Below are positions 26,742 through 41,486 of a stretch of 64,000 bases of DNA, piece by piece. Source of the DNA: Eledone cirrhosa (Eukaryota); the NCBI GenBank assembly GCA_964016885.1, contig OZ024740.1, positions 376,092,001-376,156,000 on the forward strand, in the 5' to 3' direction. The notes beneath the pieces are model-generated. The model was not told the origin of the DNA and ran no database searches. It saw only the letters and a program-made list of their open reading frames with translations. Position numbers and translations under genes: made by a program. Within the stretch, counting starts at the first letter, position 1. Each line of letters opens with the position of its first letter.

Positions 26742-28359
26742 TATATGAATAAGGAACGATAATTCAGTTTTTCATCATAACATATTTAATAACATATTAC
26801 ATGGGTTTCACTATCGATCAGCTCGAGGCAAGACATGTTATATATCAAACCTGACTCTGGAATCGAAAGTTCGTCAGATATGCTTAGTATATGAATTCGT
26901 TTCCGATACTGTGTGTTATGATACAACACTGAAACCTTGTTCCTTATCCTTATAGTATTATATTCTGCTCTGTGCGAGCATCGTGTGCTCAACCGGCATA
27001 CCGCCTACGGACGCATTTTCATGCAACAATTCAACTATGTATGTGTGTGAAACAACTAAACTACATGTGTATGTGGGGGATGTGTATTAGACACAAATAT
27101 ACCTTTTAAAGTGTTTTGTACACTTTTTGTCCATTAACCTATTCCTGCTGAATATTTATCATCTGATATGTTTATAAATGAATATATATTATATAGCAAT
27201 TCTCCATTGACACGTAATATAAAATCATTATATGAATATTTTAAAAGAAAACTGATGCCGATTCAAAATAATATTAAATAATCATTATAAAATTTGAAAG
27301 CTTTTGAAGATACTTAATTTTATTAGTGTATTTATTCGAATATTCTTGTAGAGAGTGAAATATATTCTCATATATGAATGTTGATAGTAACTACTTAGCT
27401 ATTTTGCTATATTCCGGTGCAAACCAGAAAATAAAAATGCGAAGAAATGGTATCGAGTGACAAATATCTAATTATATTTTTAATAAAATGCTTCAATTTA
27501 TTTGAATATTAAAATTCTTCCATAAAATTAAATAAAAAGGTCTATCATTATTTGGTCATGAATATGAAAGTGAAGATGAGCTTCTTATTTTTGAATTTTG
27601 TACAATAATTAATTGCACTGTTTTATAATGTTTTCAGTCTGATATTTTATACGAAGGTGGAGATGAATTCGACAAAACAATGTTTAAATTTGTATGACAA
27701 GTTATATGTCTTGTGCATTTATGTTCCGAAATCGTGTGTATTCTCTGGAATTTAATTCCGATATTTGTTGAGAAGGAATTATAGAAGCTAGCTATATAAT
27801 TATACATATTGTGTGACATATATTCAAGATGTTCTCCATACATTATGAAATTATGAAATATGAATACAATGATGTAGAGTTACCACACTACATTTCAATA
27901 TATATGCAAGGTCTTTAATGGTGTATATGTTACTCCAAAAGTTAATATGCACATATATGCGTCGCAGGGTGGTGATGAGGTTTATACATGTATATGTTGT
28001 AACAGATGAAGAGGGTTAGTATCAAAGCCACCCAATCCGTGACTATCTTCTATATCCGCAACGAACAGGAATCCACATTATTCATGCTCTTTCCAAATAT
28101 GCCCTTTCCAAATATAAAGTGCTCCTATTATTCCTAGAATATTGAAATGACTACGTTTATGTTCATTCCTTTGTACACCAAAGAGTGTATGTATTGGTTG
28201 TGTTTATATCGTAGTGAATCAGGTCAAATATATATATATTTAACTTAAACAGTCTACGCTACCCTCTTTGATTCATACACGCCGAAAATATATTCTTTCT
28301 CTCGTTTGTTTTCTATCCCTTTGAATTGAAGTCTACTAACTCAACGAATTATAGATAGG

Positions 28360-28830
28360 TGTATAGGAAAAATGCCTGACTGGACTGGAATCCTCAGGTC
28401 AGTCTGACCCTACCTCTTATATTTCGGCCTGTTTAGCCCCCACAGTCAAAAAGGTAAGAAATTATATACAAGATATTAAGCAGGACTAAACGAGCCATTT
28501 GATTTGTACACGACTTCCCAGATCAACGACCACTCCCCATAACAGTTCTGACAGCATGCCCATATATGGACTGTACCCCTTGATAAGTTCAGCTAGATTC
28601 CCGCCGTTCTAATACTGGGGGCTTAGTTCGGATCTAGCTAGATCCGAAATAAATACATATATAAAGTGTCAGGACACCGACGGCTCGGCTTCGGCCGTTT
28701 CGACAGCTAGATCCGAACTATGCCACCAGTATTATAACGGCGGGAATCTAGCTGAACTTATCAAGGGGTACAGTCCATATATGGGCATGCAGTCAGAGCA
28801 AAATGGAAAAAATCTAAGCAAAAAATCCTA
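28360..28830. mobile_element. Family X pLTR-like element, head-to-head inverted copies
   Basis: 28554-28640 (+) is inverted at 28705-28790; upstream part homologous to 11720-11865. Confidence 0.75.
28674..28769 (-). ncRNA. Type I hammerhead with U3:A8 core (family X)
   Basis: ACCCC-TTGATAA-GTTCAGCTAGATTC...GGATCTAGCTGTC-GAAA-CGGC-(9 nt)-GCCG-TC-GGTGT (GGGGT in other copies). Confidence 0.8.
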
Positions 28831-28841
28831 AAACTTTGTCA

Positions 28842-30769
28842 TCTATATATATAAAACTGTGGTTGTCTGTCTGTCTATCGATTTTTGGCACACATCTCCT
28901 CTTAGAATCTCTCACGGAATTGCACCGAAATTGCTATACTTGTACATTGAGCCCTAGCGAAGACATCAGAAAAAAAATAATTTCAAATTGACCCGCCCTA
29001 TCTGACGAAATCGAATATAATGTATCGATTTTTGAGCGTAAGTGATCAGTTATTTCCCTTTGTTCTGTTTACATTGAGCGTCTGCGTGCAAAAATTAAAA
29101 AAATTACGCTGGCTTTCTCAGCGTTTAAAATGACATTAACACAATAATTTTTACTTGAAAACAAGTCTATTTAAAGACTACGTAAAACAAGCAAATATTC
29201 CGTAAAAAAAAGCAAAAATTATATAAGTTTATTTAAAATATATGTATCTGTAAATTTCGTTAGGCGTGCAGTCAGTTTTATATATATAGATGATACACAA
29301 TAATATCCTCTATGAGGTCACTAAACCTGCTAGAAACAGCAGCTAACTCTCCCTCATATCACACCACTCCCTACTGTCTTAAATTTAGAAAACACATATC
29401 CTCTATGAGGTTACTAAACCTGCTAGAAACAGCAGCTAACTCTCCCTCATATCACACCACTCCCTACTGTCTTAAATTTAGAAAACACATATCCTCTATG
29501 AGGTTACTAAACCTGCTAGAAACAGCAGCTAACTCTCCCCCATATCATACCCCTCCCTACTGTTTTAAATTTAGAAAACATATCTTCTATGAGGTCACTA
29601 AACCTGCTAGAAACAGCAGCTAACTCTCCCTCATATCACACCCCTCCCTACTGTCTTAAATTTAGAAAACATATCCTCTATGAGGTCACTAAACCTGCTA
29701 GAAACAGCAGCTAACTCTCCCCCATATCACACCCCTCTCTACTGTCTTAAATTTAGAAAACATATCTTCTATGAGGTCACTAAACCTGCTAGAAACAGCA
29801 GCTAACTCTCCCTCATATCACACCACTCCCTACTGTCTTAAATTTAGAAAACACATATCCTCTATGAGGTTACTAAACCTGCTAGAAACAGCAGCTAACT
29901 CTCCCTCATATCACACCAGTCCCTACTGTCTTAAATTTAGAAAACACATATCCTCTATGAGGTTACTAAACCTGCTAGAAACAGCAGCTAACTCTCCCCC
30001 ATATCATACCCCTCCCTACTGTCTTAAATTTAGAAAACATATCTTCTATGAGGTCACTAAACCTGCTAGAAACAGCAGCTAACTCTCCCTCATATCACAC
30101 CCCTCCCTACTGTCTTAAATTTAGAAAACATATCCTCTATGAGGTCACTAAACCTGCTAGAAACAGCAGCTAACTCTCCCCCATATCACACCCCTCTCTA
30201 CTGTCTTAAATTTAGAAAACATATCTTCTATGAGGTCACTAAACCTGCTAGAAACAGCAGCTAACTCTCCCTCATATCACACCACTCCCTACTGTCTTAA
30301 ATTTAGAAAACACATATCCTCTATGAGGTCACTAAACCTGCTAGAAACAGCAGCTAACTCTCCCTCATATCACACCACTCCCTACTGTCTTAAATTTAGA
30401 AAACACATATCCTCTATGAGGTCACTAAACCTGCTAGAAACAACAGCTAACTCTCCCTCATATCACAACCCTCCCTACTGTCTTAAATTTAGAAAACACA
30501 CAGACAACCATGCAGAACAACTCCATCGCAGCTCTGTTGTTCGGCTGGCATCGTCTACTCGCGTGTTGCGCAAGTACTGTGAAACAATAAATTTCAACAC
30601 TTTTTTGCACAGAGATAATATCCATAGGCGAAACTACAATTGTCACTGCTGGCGCAGCTCATGCTTCCAGGTCTGCAATTCATTCACCCAGTGCCTGGCA
30701 GACAAAAAAGTGCTGCAACCTAACTTTGGTAACTTAATGACCCCGAGCAACGCCGGGCTTTAATGCTAG
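28842..30769 (+). mobile_element. Non-autonomous Helitron containing a tandem array
   Basis: A|TCTATATATATAAAACTGTGGTTGTCTGTCTG 5' end; 3' CCCGAGCAACGCCGGG hairpin followed by CTAG|T; inserted between A and T with no TSD. Confidence 0.82.
29304..30500 (+). repeat. 93/91-bp minisatellite, ~13 units, 459-bp (5-unit) higher-order repeat
   Basis: ATGAGGTYACTAAACCTGCTAG recurs at 29312, 29405, 29498, 29589, 29680, 29771 ... 30416; the variant pattern recurs every 459 bp. Confidence 0.95.
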
Positions 30770-33352
30770 TATATAATATAGTCAACCTATACTCCAACAT
30801 CCCCCGCAACCTAGGAATAGAAGCTATCCAATTCTGGCTATGAACTCCCACAACGCATAAAAAAGAATTCGTGATAGAAGGACTCAAATTTATATTGGAG
30901 AATAATTAATTCGTTTTCAATAACAAATTCTACAGTCAGAAATCTGGCACCGCTATGGGAACGAAAACGGCCCCGACTTATGCCAACCTAGTCATGGGAT
31001 ACCTGGAAATCACCCTCTACACTAAAGTACTAAACAAATTTGGAAACACTCTCCACTTACACATAGAAAAAGACTGGAAGAGATATCTAGATGACTGCTC
31101 CACCCTTTGGCACGAAAACATCGAGAAACTTAAGAATTTCACACCCTTATAAATGGGCTCAACACGAATATTAATTTTACAATGGAATACAGCCATCAAC
31201 AACTCCCTTTCCTCGACATACTCATTAAGATTCATAACAAAAAATAGAAACAGACATGTACTACAAGCCCACAGACTCCAAGCAATATCTTCCTTTCATT
31301 TCATGCCATCCTAGACACGTTAAAATTAATATTCCCTACAACTTAGCCAAGAGAATCTGTACTATAGTTTCCAATAAAAACAACTGTTACTTACGTCTAC
31401 AAGAACTAAAGGAGACACTCATAAGCAGGGGCTGCCCTGCATCACTAATTGACAATGGAAACCAACGTGGCCTAAAACTCAGTACCCAGTACCTTATACA
31501 CCCTAAAGTTAATCAACCGAAACTAAAAGCTCTTCCATACATCTCCACACACAACCCCCTCAACAACAAGGCCTTTGAGACCATCCTCCAGAACATCCCT
31601 GTATTCAAAAAGGACCATAGAATGAACCAAATCCTGCGAACACACGATATCATAAAGAGAAAAAGACAATCTAAGTCAATGAAAAACATTCTAATATGCC
31701 AAAGTACTGCCAACCACAACATCGAAACCCACAGTAAAAAAATCCGATAGACCCAACTGTGGTATATGCATCAACCTAATAGAGGGTTCGGAATTCTATT
31801 TCAAAGAAAGACAACGTTTTATAGTAAAACACAATTTCACATGCGCATCAGAAAACCTAATATATGCATTAACTTGCTCAGGTTGTCGAGGACAATACAT
31901 AGCCCAGACTAAAAACAGCCTCCACCAACGCATTACTCTCCATAGATCGCAAATCAAAATACGGGAATACAGAAAAATAGCACTGAGTGAACACATTGAT
32001 TCCTGTGCCGCCCAAAATCATCCCAACTTTAGAATTTTTCCACTCTACAAATGTTAAGATAATGCCACTCTCACCCAGCGCGTTAGCAAGGAATCTCACT
32101 TTATTAACAAATACGGACCCCGTCTAAACATTTCTTCCTAAGACGAACCCACAACATACACACGTTCACATACATACCTACATAAGGATACATCCTATAT
32201 ACATTTCTATCCACATATAAACACAATGACATACGTAAACCCACATGTTCTATGGTGCAACACAAATATACACAAATGTGCATACCTTTTGATGTGTATA
32301 GATATACACGTGCCGACACGCACACGTATACATATGCACACATGTAATGCACATTGATGAGTGCATACATATTTGTACACAAGTATCCCATACGGCAGGG
32401 CCTAATGGATTCCCCTTGCAGCACGTAAAATCTGGACTCACACACGCTTTGTTGTTATGACAACACTATACATCATTTCACCTCTTTTGTTATTGATGTT
32501 ATTGATGTTCTTTTGAGAGAATCGTTTTTGCAAATGACTGAAAATATCGAATAATATACTCCATTTTCACCAGTACCACAAACATACTGGTCCATCCACA
32601 CACATACACACACACTCATGCACACGCGAACACTAACATACAGAGAGACATACACTCACACACACACTTCTCCGTATAAGACAAAAGCTGAAAGATATGT
32701 TTCAACATGTTAAAATACCCCCCCCCCCCACACACACACACACGTACACACAGATTCCTACTTACCGATTCATTTTCATTATCACAACAATGAACCACTT
32801 AGCTACAGACACATACACACACACACACACTCACACACACACACACACATTTGTCTTAACAAACACCTGAACTGTTGACCTCTCAATATGACTGCAACTC
32901 AATCAAGCGGAAGCGGACACTCTTAGACAAACCTACATTTCGCGCGAAACCAGTTCGCGATAAAATCAATTTAAACATTCACGTGACTTCTACCGACCAA
33001 TCAAAATTGATTTGACTACAAGAATTTTTGCAAACGAATTGGCGTGAAATTTATGGTGCTTATTCACGTGACATTCAACAACCAACCAAACTTTAATACC
33101 TTCCAAGCCACTTTTTTCACATAAAAAAGGAAGAATTTCCAAAAATGATCAGATTAGAGCAAAAATCACGAACTCTCTATCTCAAAATTATTTTTGAAAG
33201 GCATAAGAATTGCGCTACCGGTAAAAACTTAAAACTAAAACTGAATACTAACTAATACTAATTAAACTATTTTTCACTGGGAAAAATTTGTCAACATTTA
33301 CTTTTCCTTTTTACTAATATATCCCAACTCGTGTGTCATACCTCTATTTTTT

Positions 33353-33355
<3 letters not shown>
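30770..33355 (+). mobile_element. 5'-truncated Penelope-like element, Neptune-like copy 1
   Basis: RT/EN remnants 30775-32140, (CA)-rich 3' UTR, decayed HHR at 33191-33226 (TTGAAAG-GCA...TGC-GCTA-CCGG-TA), ends in (TA)n. Confidence 0.88.
30775..32140 (+). pseudogene. Disrupted Neptune-like RT-GIY-YIG ORF
   Basis: VNLYSNIP, GTAMGTKTAPTYANLVMG, WKRYLDD, LPFLDI, YYKPTDSKQYL, SCHPRH, CGIC linker, FTCASENLIYALTCSGC, YIAQT. Confidence 0.92.
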
Positions 33356-33394
<39 letters not shown>

Positions 33395-34186
33395 AACAAT
33401 TTTTCACTTTTTATTGTGTTTTTGTTTTGATATGCACACTTTTTCCTGCTACTAATTTTGTCTCTCACTCTTTTAAATTGTGAATTAGATTGTTTATCTA
33501 CGCACGTGGCTGCCACATTTCTGCTCGCTACTATATTGGTATATAATGGATGATCGCATTTAATGTCCGTTAATGGTTCTTGGCATTACCATTGTTACCA
33601 TCGCTCTCCTCTGGCCATGTGGCTTGGAGATATGAACCGAATGCTACCATTCTATTTTATATCAATGTGAACTGCTAATAGCCATCTTTTCACCCCTTGA
33701 TCATTTGTGTGTGAGACACGTTAGCTGAGATCTTCTGACAGGAACTAATAGATTGATTATTTTTAGTTCCCGTGCCCACGTAAAATTTATAAGTGGCTAG
33801 TTGAGAGATAGAGTCCTATCAGTTGTCAATTAATCGCTTTACCGTGTCAGTTGTCACAAACAGTCATGACCGGCGCGGGCCGGTGTTTGGATTATGTCGA
33901 TCGATTGGTTATTGAATAGGCGATACCGTGTCGGTTGTCACAAACATAAGCCGATTGTGCATTGTTGCATAAAGTATGCATACAGATGGTGCAGTGCACA
34001 TTACTGCTGCATTAGTGCTGTAGAATCTCGAGTCCGAGAACCTTATAGGCACCCGATTTACGTGTGTTGTGTTGAGGCAAATAACTATGAGTATACTCTG
34101 GTAATGTATCTTACATTGCCCATTGAGTGCGCTGAGATACAACCGGTACTGGCATTGATAAATGTGCTGGGCCGTCAACCCTTATT

Positions 34187-34271
<85 letters not shown>

Positions 34272-34313
34272 CGGAACATAAGACAATTGCATGAACTCAT
34301 AAGTCTTTATTTA

Positions 34314-34367
34314 CTGCTATATATATTTCGATGATAGCTATCGGATGCCTATGACCCCATCAGGCAG
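34314..34367 (-). ncRNA. Type I hammerhead motif (A9G) at the end of a non-coding repeat remnant (~34267-35320)
   Basis: CTGC-CTGATGG-GGTCATAG...CTATCATC-GAAA-TATATA-TA-GCAG. Confidence 0.65.
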
Positions 34368-35319
34368 GTAGTCAGTTCTTAGATATGCCAGTTCTGTGTT
34401 TATTGTGTTGATGGTTTTAGAGCCTTGGGACATATGAGCTTGTTAGGGGTAATTTAATGTAGTCAGCAGGAATAATCTTAATTCTCATTGGTCAGTTTGT
34501 AGATGCTAGTAGGGTTGATATTTGACTTCAAAGAGGCAGGTGGTGTTGTAAAGTTCAAACCCTCAGGCAAGGTGACAATAGGTCCATATGACTGATTTTC
34601 GCAAAAAGCATTCCTGGTCAGATATATATTCAATTGAGGTTTATACGAGTAGTATGAAATTCGATACTACAGATCATTCTTAAATTGAGGATTTATGTGG
34701 GGTGGTACTACTTAAAATTAGGTTTAGAGTCAAATACTAGAAAGTTTACATATAAAAAGACTTATGTTGGTTGACTTGCACATACACTCATACCGACCTC
34801 CACAGACACACACACAGATCCACACATACAAATTGAGGAATTTATGTGGGGTGGTAATACTGAAAAGTATGGTTAGAGTCAAATACTAAGAAAGTTTACA
34901 AATAAAAGACTTATGTTGGTTGACTTGTACGTACACTCACACCTATCCCTACAGACACACACAAACATCTACACTCACAAATCCAAACAGGTGTGTATAT
35001 ATATGTATGTACGCACAAGTGCATATATATATAGAACAGAGGCCCCCAAATCCAAGTATATGGCAGACATAAAACTAGGTGGGTGTTATTTCTAAAGAAA
35101 AGTAAAGTGGGTGTTTGGAAAAGTTATTGTTTAGACAAGACAAAAGTAGAGTGTGATATATATCTTCACAGCAACAGCTTAGGGGCTTTGGGACTTAGCC
35201 GAATACCTTCGTACATACATATATAGGTGCAAGCACCCACCCACACATGTATACCTCTGGATGCCTATGTATGTCTATATACACATATGCACTCACATAT
35301 GAGAGCATATATATATAGG

Positions 35320-35410
<91 letters not shown>

Positions 35411-35416
<6 letters not shown>

Positions 35417-36157
35417 TATGAAGAGAGAAGAAACATTTAGATATAATTAGTAATAAAATGTATCATACCTAAACTGCTCCTAGATTCCTCGACTACGTAG
35501 TTTCGTGGCATAAACAAAAACAATACATCATAAAGATATAGAGTCTTTGCGAGGTCTGCCGACTTATCAAGAGGATACCTCGTTTTACTAGCTTCAAGAA
35601 CGCGTCTACATGACGTGAGAAAGAATCCCAAAAGGCGGAGGGGGAGATAGTCACGCGATATAACGGTCGAGAAACAGAGCTAAGCCTCTTATAACCCCAA
35701 AGAAAATACCACGGAGGCGGAGGGGGTATTTATATCGAAGCCGTAGAAGAGGTGGTGAAGGAGGAGAGAAGTATGAGTAACAGTAGCTTTCCAGCAGTCA
35801 CCACACTTCAAAGATTACTCGACCAGAGGGAGTTATGAACAATATATTTAGAAACACACAGATACATGCGGGGTTATAAGAGGCTTAGCTCTGTTTCTCG
35901 ACCGTTATATCGCGTGACTATCTCCCCCTCCGCCTTTTGGGATTCTTTCTCACGTCATGTAGACGCGTTCTTGAAGCTAGTAAAACGAGGTATCCTCTTG
36001 ATAAGTCGGCAGACCTCGCAAAGACTCTATATCTTTATGATGTATTGTTTTTGTTTATGCCACGAAACTACGTAGTCGAGGAATCTAGGAGCAGTTTAGG
36101 TATGATACATTTTATTACTGATTATATCTAAATGTTTCTTCTCTCTTCATAATGTAT
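35411..36157. mobile_element. Fold-back element with 288-bp near-identical inverted arms (35411-35698 / 35870-36157)
   Basis: Direct reverse-complement match; the ORF track shows near-identical 64-aa ORFs on opposite strands. Confidence 0.9.
35993..36082 (+). ncRNA. Type I hammerhead with U3:A8 core (inverted copy at 35486-35575, minus strand)
   Basis: TCCTC-TTGATAA-GTCGGCA...TGCCAC-GAAA-CTACGTAG-TC-GAGGA; palindromic helix III, GUC site. Confidence 0.82.
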
Positions 36158-36317
36158 TTTTAACTCTGATACTGGTTCAGTCTCATTCAACCGGATTGGT
36201 CTGTCCCAGTCATTCATTGAGCAACATCGGTAAGGTTGGCACCATTAACTCACGGTTGGGTGTGGATGCATTCATGTATATGTGTGTGTCCGCATGTATC
36301 TGTGTGTTTCTAAATAT

Positions 36318-36376
<59 letters not shown>

Positions 36377-36599
36377 CAAACCATAGACCACTGCCCACAC
36401 AGAGCCTGTTTCAAAACTGTAGATCCCAACCCACACAAAGAACAAAATCTACAACCCGGATTATCAACAAACCGAAACCCAATACGTCCGAAACTTCTAT
36501 ACAAGACCACACAAAAACAGGGGAAATAACATTAGATATAATAATACCATTGAAAAAACATTCCAGAAAAATCATTTTTTACACCAAGGCTACAGGACC

Positions 36600-38845
36600 C
36601 ACGACACCCGGTGGCACAAACCGATGTTGAAAAACCGAAAATAATCAACCTTTCAAATACAAACCTCTCAGCCCAACAAGTAAAAATTCTCTCCAAAGGA
36701 CTGAAATTCACACCAACACCAGAATACTCTAACGTCAATGAGATAAATGACGATATCTCACACTTCTGTAGAAAATTACGTCTCACAGAGGAATTCTTTG
36801 ACAAGGAGAATAACGACGAATCAATTGTACGGAATAAAAGCAGCTACAACCCAACAAAAGGTAGAAACAGAGTTCTGGACAAATTTTGTGACCACATAGC
36901 TACTTTCCTATACCATGAACTACCGCAACCTAAACCCAAACCCTACACGAGTCGAAGGGAATGGGAGATTATCCATGAACTAGAAAAAATGCGGACATTA
37001 TAATTAAGGAAGCGGACAAGGGAAGTACTGTTGTCATTATGGATGCTGAAAAATATAACAATTCTATGTTCTCTCTCTCTTACAAAATACTAATTACTGT
37101 GAAAGAGTAAAACAACTACCAGCAATCAAAAACAATGACCAGATTAACTATACTGATTAATCGATACCAAGAAGACTTAATTAAAAAGGAACGCGATTAT
37201 TTAACACATGTTGAATACAAAACAAGCAACCTTTACGGACTTCCGAAGATCCACGAGTGTAAAATAATTAACGATGAATGTAAACAAACCACCTCGGCCT
37301 GCGTGAACACACAATACCCCACAGACCTTAAATTAAAACCAATTGTAGCGGGCCCACAATGTGAAACACACAGACTGAGCAACTTTATAGACTAAAACCA
37401 ATTCTCAAACGCATACCAAGCCTTGTAAGAGACGATCTGGACCTCTTAAACTACCTCCCCAAACATGTCACCAACGACACTATTATTGTGTATTTCGATG
37501 TAGTGAATCTCTACACAACGATCCCACACCAATACGGACTAGAAGAAATAGGATTCTGGTTAGAGAAATATCCCAATGAGATACCTGGCAGAATAGAAAA
37601 AAGCTTCATGAAAGAGGGATTAAAATTCATCTTACAGAACAACTTTTTTGATTTCGATGGCAGTACTTACAAGCAAATATCGGGAACTGCGATGGGTACA
37701 AAAGCCGCTCCAACTTATGCCAACTTAGTCATGGCATACTTAGAAGTCCAGATATATGAACAGTCCAAATCAAAATACGGATTGAACTTCCACAAATATT
37801 TATTTGGATGATTGTCTCATTCTTTGGAACCACACACTCGACCAACTGAAGGATTTCAAAAATTTAATTAACGGCATCAATAACCACATCCAATTCACAA
37901 TGGAATACAGTCAAGATCAACTCCCATTTCTGGACATCTTAATTTAAAAAAAAGACACAAATATCGAAACTGACATACACTACAAACCAGCAGATTCCAA
38001 ATGATACCTGCTATTCACCTCCAACCATCCAAAGCACACGAAGACGAACATTCCTTTTAACCTAGCAAGAAGAATTTTCACAATTGTCTCCAATTATGAA
38101 ACGCGTAATAAAAGACTTCAAGAACTAAAGGGAATTCTACTCGAAAGAGAGTACCCACCGTTACTAATAAATAATGGAATACAAAGGGCTAAAGCAATAG
38201 GCATTGATGAATTACGAAAACAGAAACAAATTCAAGGTACATCCAATATTCTATCATATATCTCAACACACAACCCAAGAAATGCGGAAGCTTACAACAC
38301 TATTCACAAGAACATCCCACTACTAAAACAAGACCCAAGAATGAAAAAAGCCCTTGGAACACACAAAATAATCAAAAGCAAAAGACAACCGAAATCACTG
38401 AAAACATTACTCACCAATGCAAATTACCTACCACAAACCCACAACCAACTGTCCAAAAATGTGGTCGCTCTAATTTTAAATCTGCACTCACCTCATTGAA
38501 GGCAACACGTATACATTTAAATCAGGACAAAATTTTGCTGTAAAAAATCACTTCACTTGCTCATCAAAAAATCTACTTCATGCCATTAAATGTAAAGGAT
38601 GCAATGAAGATTATATGGGACAAAGTAAACTCACACTCAGAAACAGAATGACAGTTCATCACCAACAATTACGAGATCCATCCACGAGACACATACCACT
38701 AAGCGCACACCTAGACATATGCGCAAGTAATAAGACACCCACATTCCAAGTCTTCCCATTTTACCTTTGCGCTAACAATACGAATACGAATAAATAAGGA
38801 AAATATGTTTATTCAAAAATATAGACCAGCATTAAATATGGTTTA
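36600..38845 (+). pseudogene. Disrupted Neptune-like RT-GIY-YIG ORF
   Basis: IINLSN, LSKGLKFTPTP, KEADKGSTVV, LYGLPKIH, KPIVAG, FDVVNLYTTIPH, GTAMGTKAAPTYANL, LPFLDI, CKGC-x-YMGQS, RMTVH. Confidence 0.93.
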
Positions 38846-39899
38846 CTATACATTATGTGAACACCATAACATGTTAACCATCCAAACAGACACATACACA
38901 CACACACATAACACCTGCTACTTTAGGAAATAAAAACCCGAACTAAATAAATCTTAACATACGTTTGCGCTGACAATACAACATAACAAATACGAATAAG
39001 CAAGGAAAATATGTTTATTCAAAAATATTCCTACTAAAGGAATCATTTTCCTACACACACACAAACACGCATACACAATATATATATATATTCTCTTCAT
39101 CTCAACATGCTAACCATACTCCCACACACACATAACACCCATACTCACACATAACAACCCCACCCCCACACACGCAAAACTCCCTCGCTCATTTCTACTA
39201 ATAGAGTCACTTTCCTACACATATATACACACACACAAAATATATATATTCTCTCCATCTTAACATACTCCCCCCCCCCACACACACACATAATACCTAA
39301 TTACACACACACACAACTCCCTCCCCCAGTTCTACTAATAGAATCATCTTCCAATACATACACACACACACAAGCACACAAATAAACATACATATCTTTA
39401 CTTTCTTTATTTCAATAGAAAATCTGAATTCTGACAACCCAGCGAACTAACCATATTCACTGAACCAAAACAATACTCCCATCCCATTTCTCTTGACCAT
39501 TATATTTTGCTTGTCATAAAATTCTCTGAAAAGGCTACAGAATAGATTTCCAAATAAGGGCGCAAAATTTAATGAAAACTTGTTCACGTGACATTAATTT
39601 CATTTATATCCAATCAAATTACGTTTATTAAAAAAAAAAAGACTTCGTTAGCGCCCTTTTTTTTAAGTAAAAAGAAACTCAAACACTCATATATGAAAAA
39701 ACAACCTGAGCCCCGCCCCCCTTGTTTGAAGAACTTTGTCAAGCGAACTGGCGCGAAATTTATTTTAATTATATTGACCATCCAATCAAATTACTTCTCT
39801 AAAAACCTGGCATATCGAGCCACATTGTTCCATATAAAACAAGTAACATTCGAAGACCAATCAGATGTGAGTAAAACCACAGAGACTCCGTCTCAACTC

Positions 39900-39939
39900 T
39901 ACTTCTGAAAAGCAGAAGAACTGCGAAACCGGTAAAGGA
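39900..39939 (+). ncRNA. Minimal hammerhead motif, Neptune-like 3' end (C3/A8 mismatch in this copy)
   Basis: CTT-CTGAAAA-GCAG-AAGAA-CTGC-GAAA-CCGG-TA-AAG. Confidence 0.7.
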
Positions 39940-40007
39940 ACCAAATAAATATATATATATTTTTTTAAATAATACTCCAGTTGCATTTTCGATTTCATCT
40001 TTTTTTC

Positions 40008-40039
<32 letters not shown>

Positions 40040-40208
40040 AGCAAAAGGGAAAAACTTGAACCGTTAAGTTCTTCTTCCCGGTTAATTCAATATTTATAAA
40101 ACAAAGTTTGTATTGTATGAGTGCGTACGAAAGTTTTGGTACCCTTGAAATATATATAATAGAATAAATATGTTTTTTTTTATTTAGTTTCCATTTATTT
40201 AATATCAT

Positions 40209-40244
<36 letters not shown>

Positions 40245-40247
<3 letters not shown>

Positions 40248-40438
40248 CGAAGGAGGTGTGGTAAGGAGCCAGATGGTCCACAACGCACAAGAGTACTCAA
40301 TACTTAGGTTAGTAGAATGGGTAATAGGAAAATGTTTGATCCCGGCGGCAGAGCTGAAGCCGTTTCGACCGCCATTTCAGAAATTGTCCAGAAATAGCCG
40401 TCGAAACGCATTGAGTTCTGCCGTCGTGGTCAAACATT
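40245..40438. mobile_element. Family X fold-back mini-element
   Basis: Tail plus inverted arms 40333-40380 / 40386-40438, in (TA)n. Confidence 0.7.
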
Positions 40439-40478
40439 CATATATATATATATATACATATGTATACATATATGTATG

Positions 40479-40517
<39 letters not shown>

Positions 40518-40519
40518 TT

Positions 40520-41486
40520 CGTTTCTGAGTTTGTTTAGCAAGATTCTTTATCTGAAAACGTGTGTTTAAACCGATATTGTTATACTTTGGGAGGGTCATG
40601 CTGCCAATAAGAAACACACGCACCAATGCTTCACTCCAATCTATTATAAATTAAATTTATAAATTTAGGAAATTTGTAAATTTCCGGTTGGTTGGTTGGT
40701 TCCACAACCGGACGGTTTTTCATATATTGTCAAAGTTCTTTCGTCACACATTATGTGATCTCTTCAGTGACTGGCGATTCTTTTCTTTGTTTTGTGCCTC
40801 TCCTCTGTTCTGTCCTACGCCATCTTGTTTTTGTGTGTGTTGTGTGCTTAGGTTGCGCATGAGCCACATCCGGGTGTCTGTGTGTGTTTTTATTTGTTTA
40901 TTTATTTGTTTATTTGCATGTTACTAGTTGGTTGTTTGTTCTATGTGTGCGTGTTTTCATTTTGTCCTTAATTGGAAGTTGTGATGTTGCTTTTCCATTC
41001 ATGTTTTCTATTTAATTTTGGTTGGCGTTCATTTATGTTTATTGCCTCTGTGATTTGTCTAAACATTGCGTCTTTTCTGTGTGTAGATTTTATTTTTATT
41101 TCTATGTTCTCTAATTTGCCCTTATGTTCTATTTTAGCTTTTTGCTGGAGTACTGATGATTATTTTCTATCTTGAAGCTCTCGCCAGTGTTCATTTAATC
41201 GTTCTCCTATACTACGAGCTTTCTCACCTATGTGCACTATATTCTTATCTTTACAATGTCCCTCAGTACATATTATGCTATATACTATGTTTCTAGCTTT
41301 GCAGTTAATATGGGGGCTTAGTTTACAGATTATGCATTTCTTATCTATAAAGGGGGGTCTTTGAAAAGGGTACGTATTGCTAAAAAGTGTGTTTATGGAG
41401 GTAACTGGTCTTTCCACTATCTTATTATTTATTTTAACTTTATCTAGGGCCCTTCTAAATGTGTAAGCTAGTTCACCTCTTGGGGT

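Larger units (their letters stand above)
36373..40012 (+). mobile_element. Penelope-like element, Neptune-like copy 2 (longer)
   Basis: Bounded by (TA)n; ORF remnants, 3' UTR and terminal HHR. Confidence 0.9.

Noticed and set aside
29304-30500. Regular repeat array as CRISPR or repeat protein
   Set aside because: No unique spacers, eukaryotic context, 91-bp units break the frame, and it lies inside Helitron termini.
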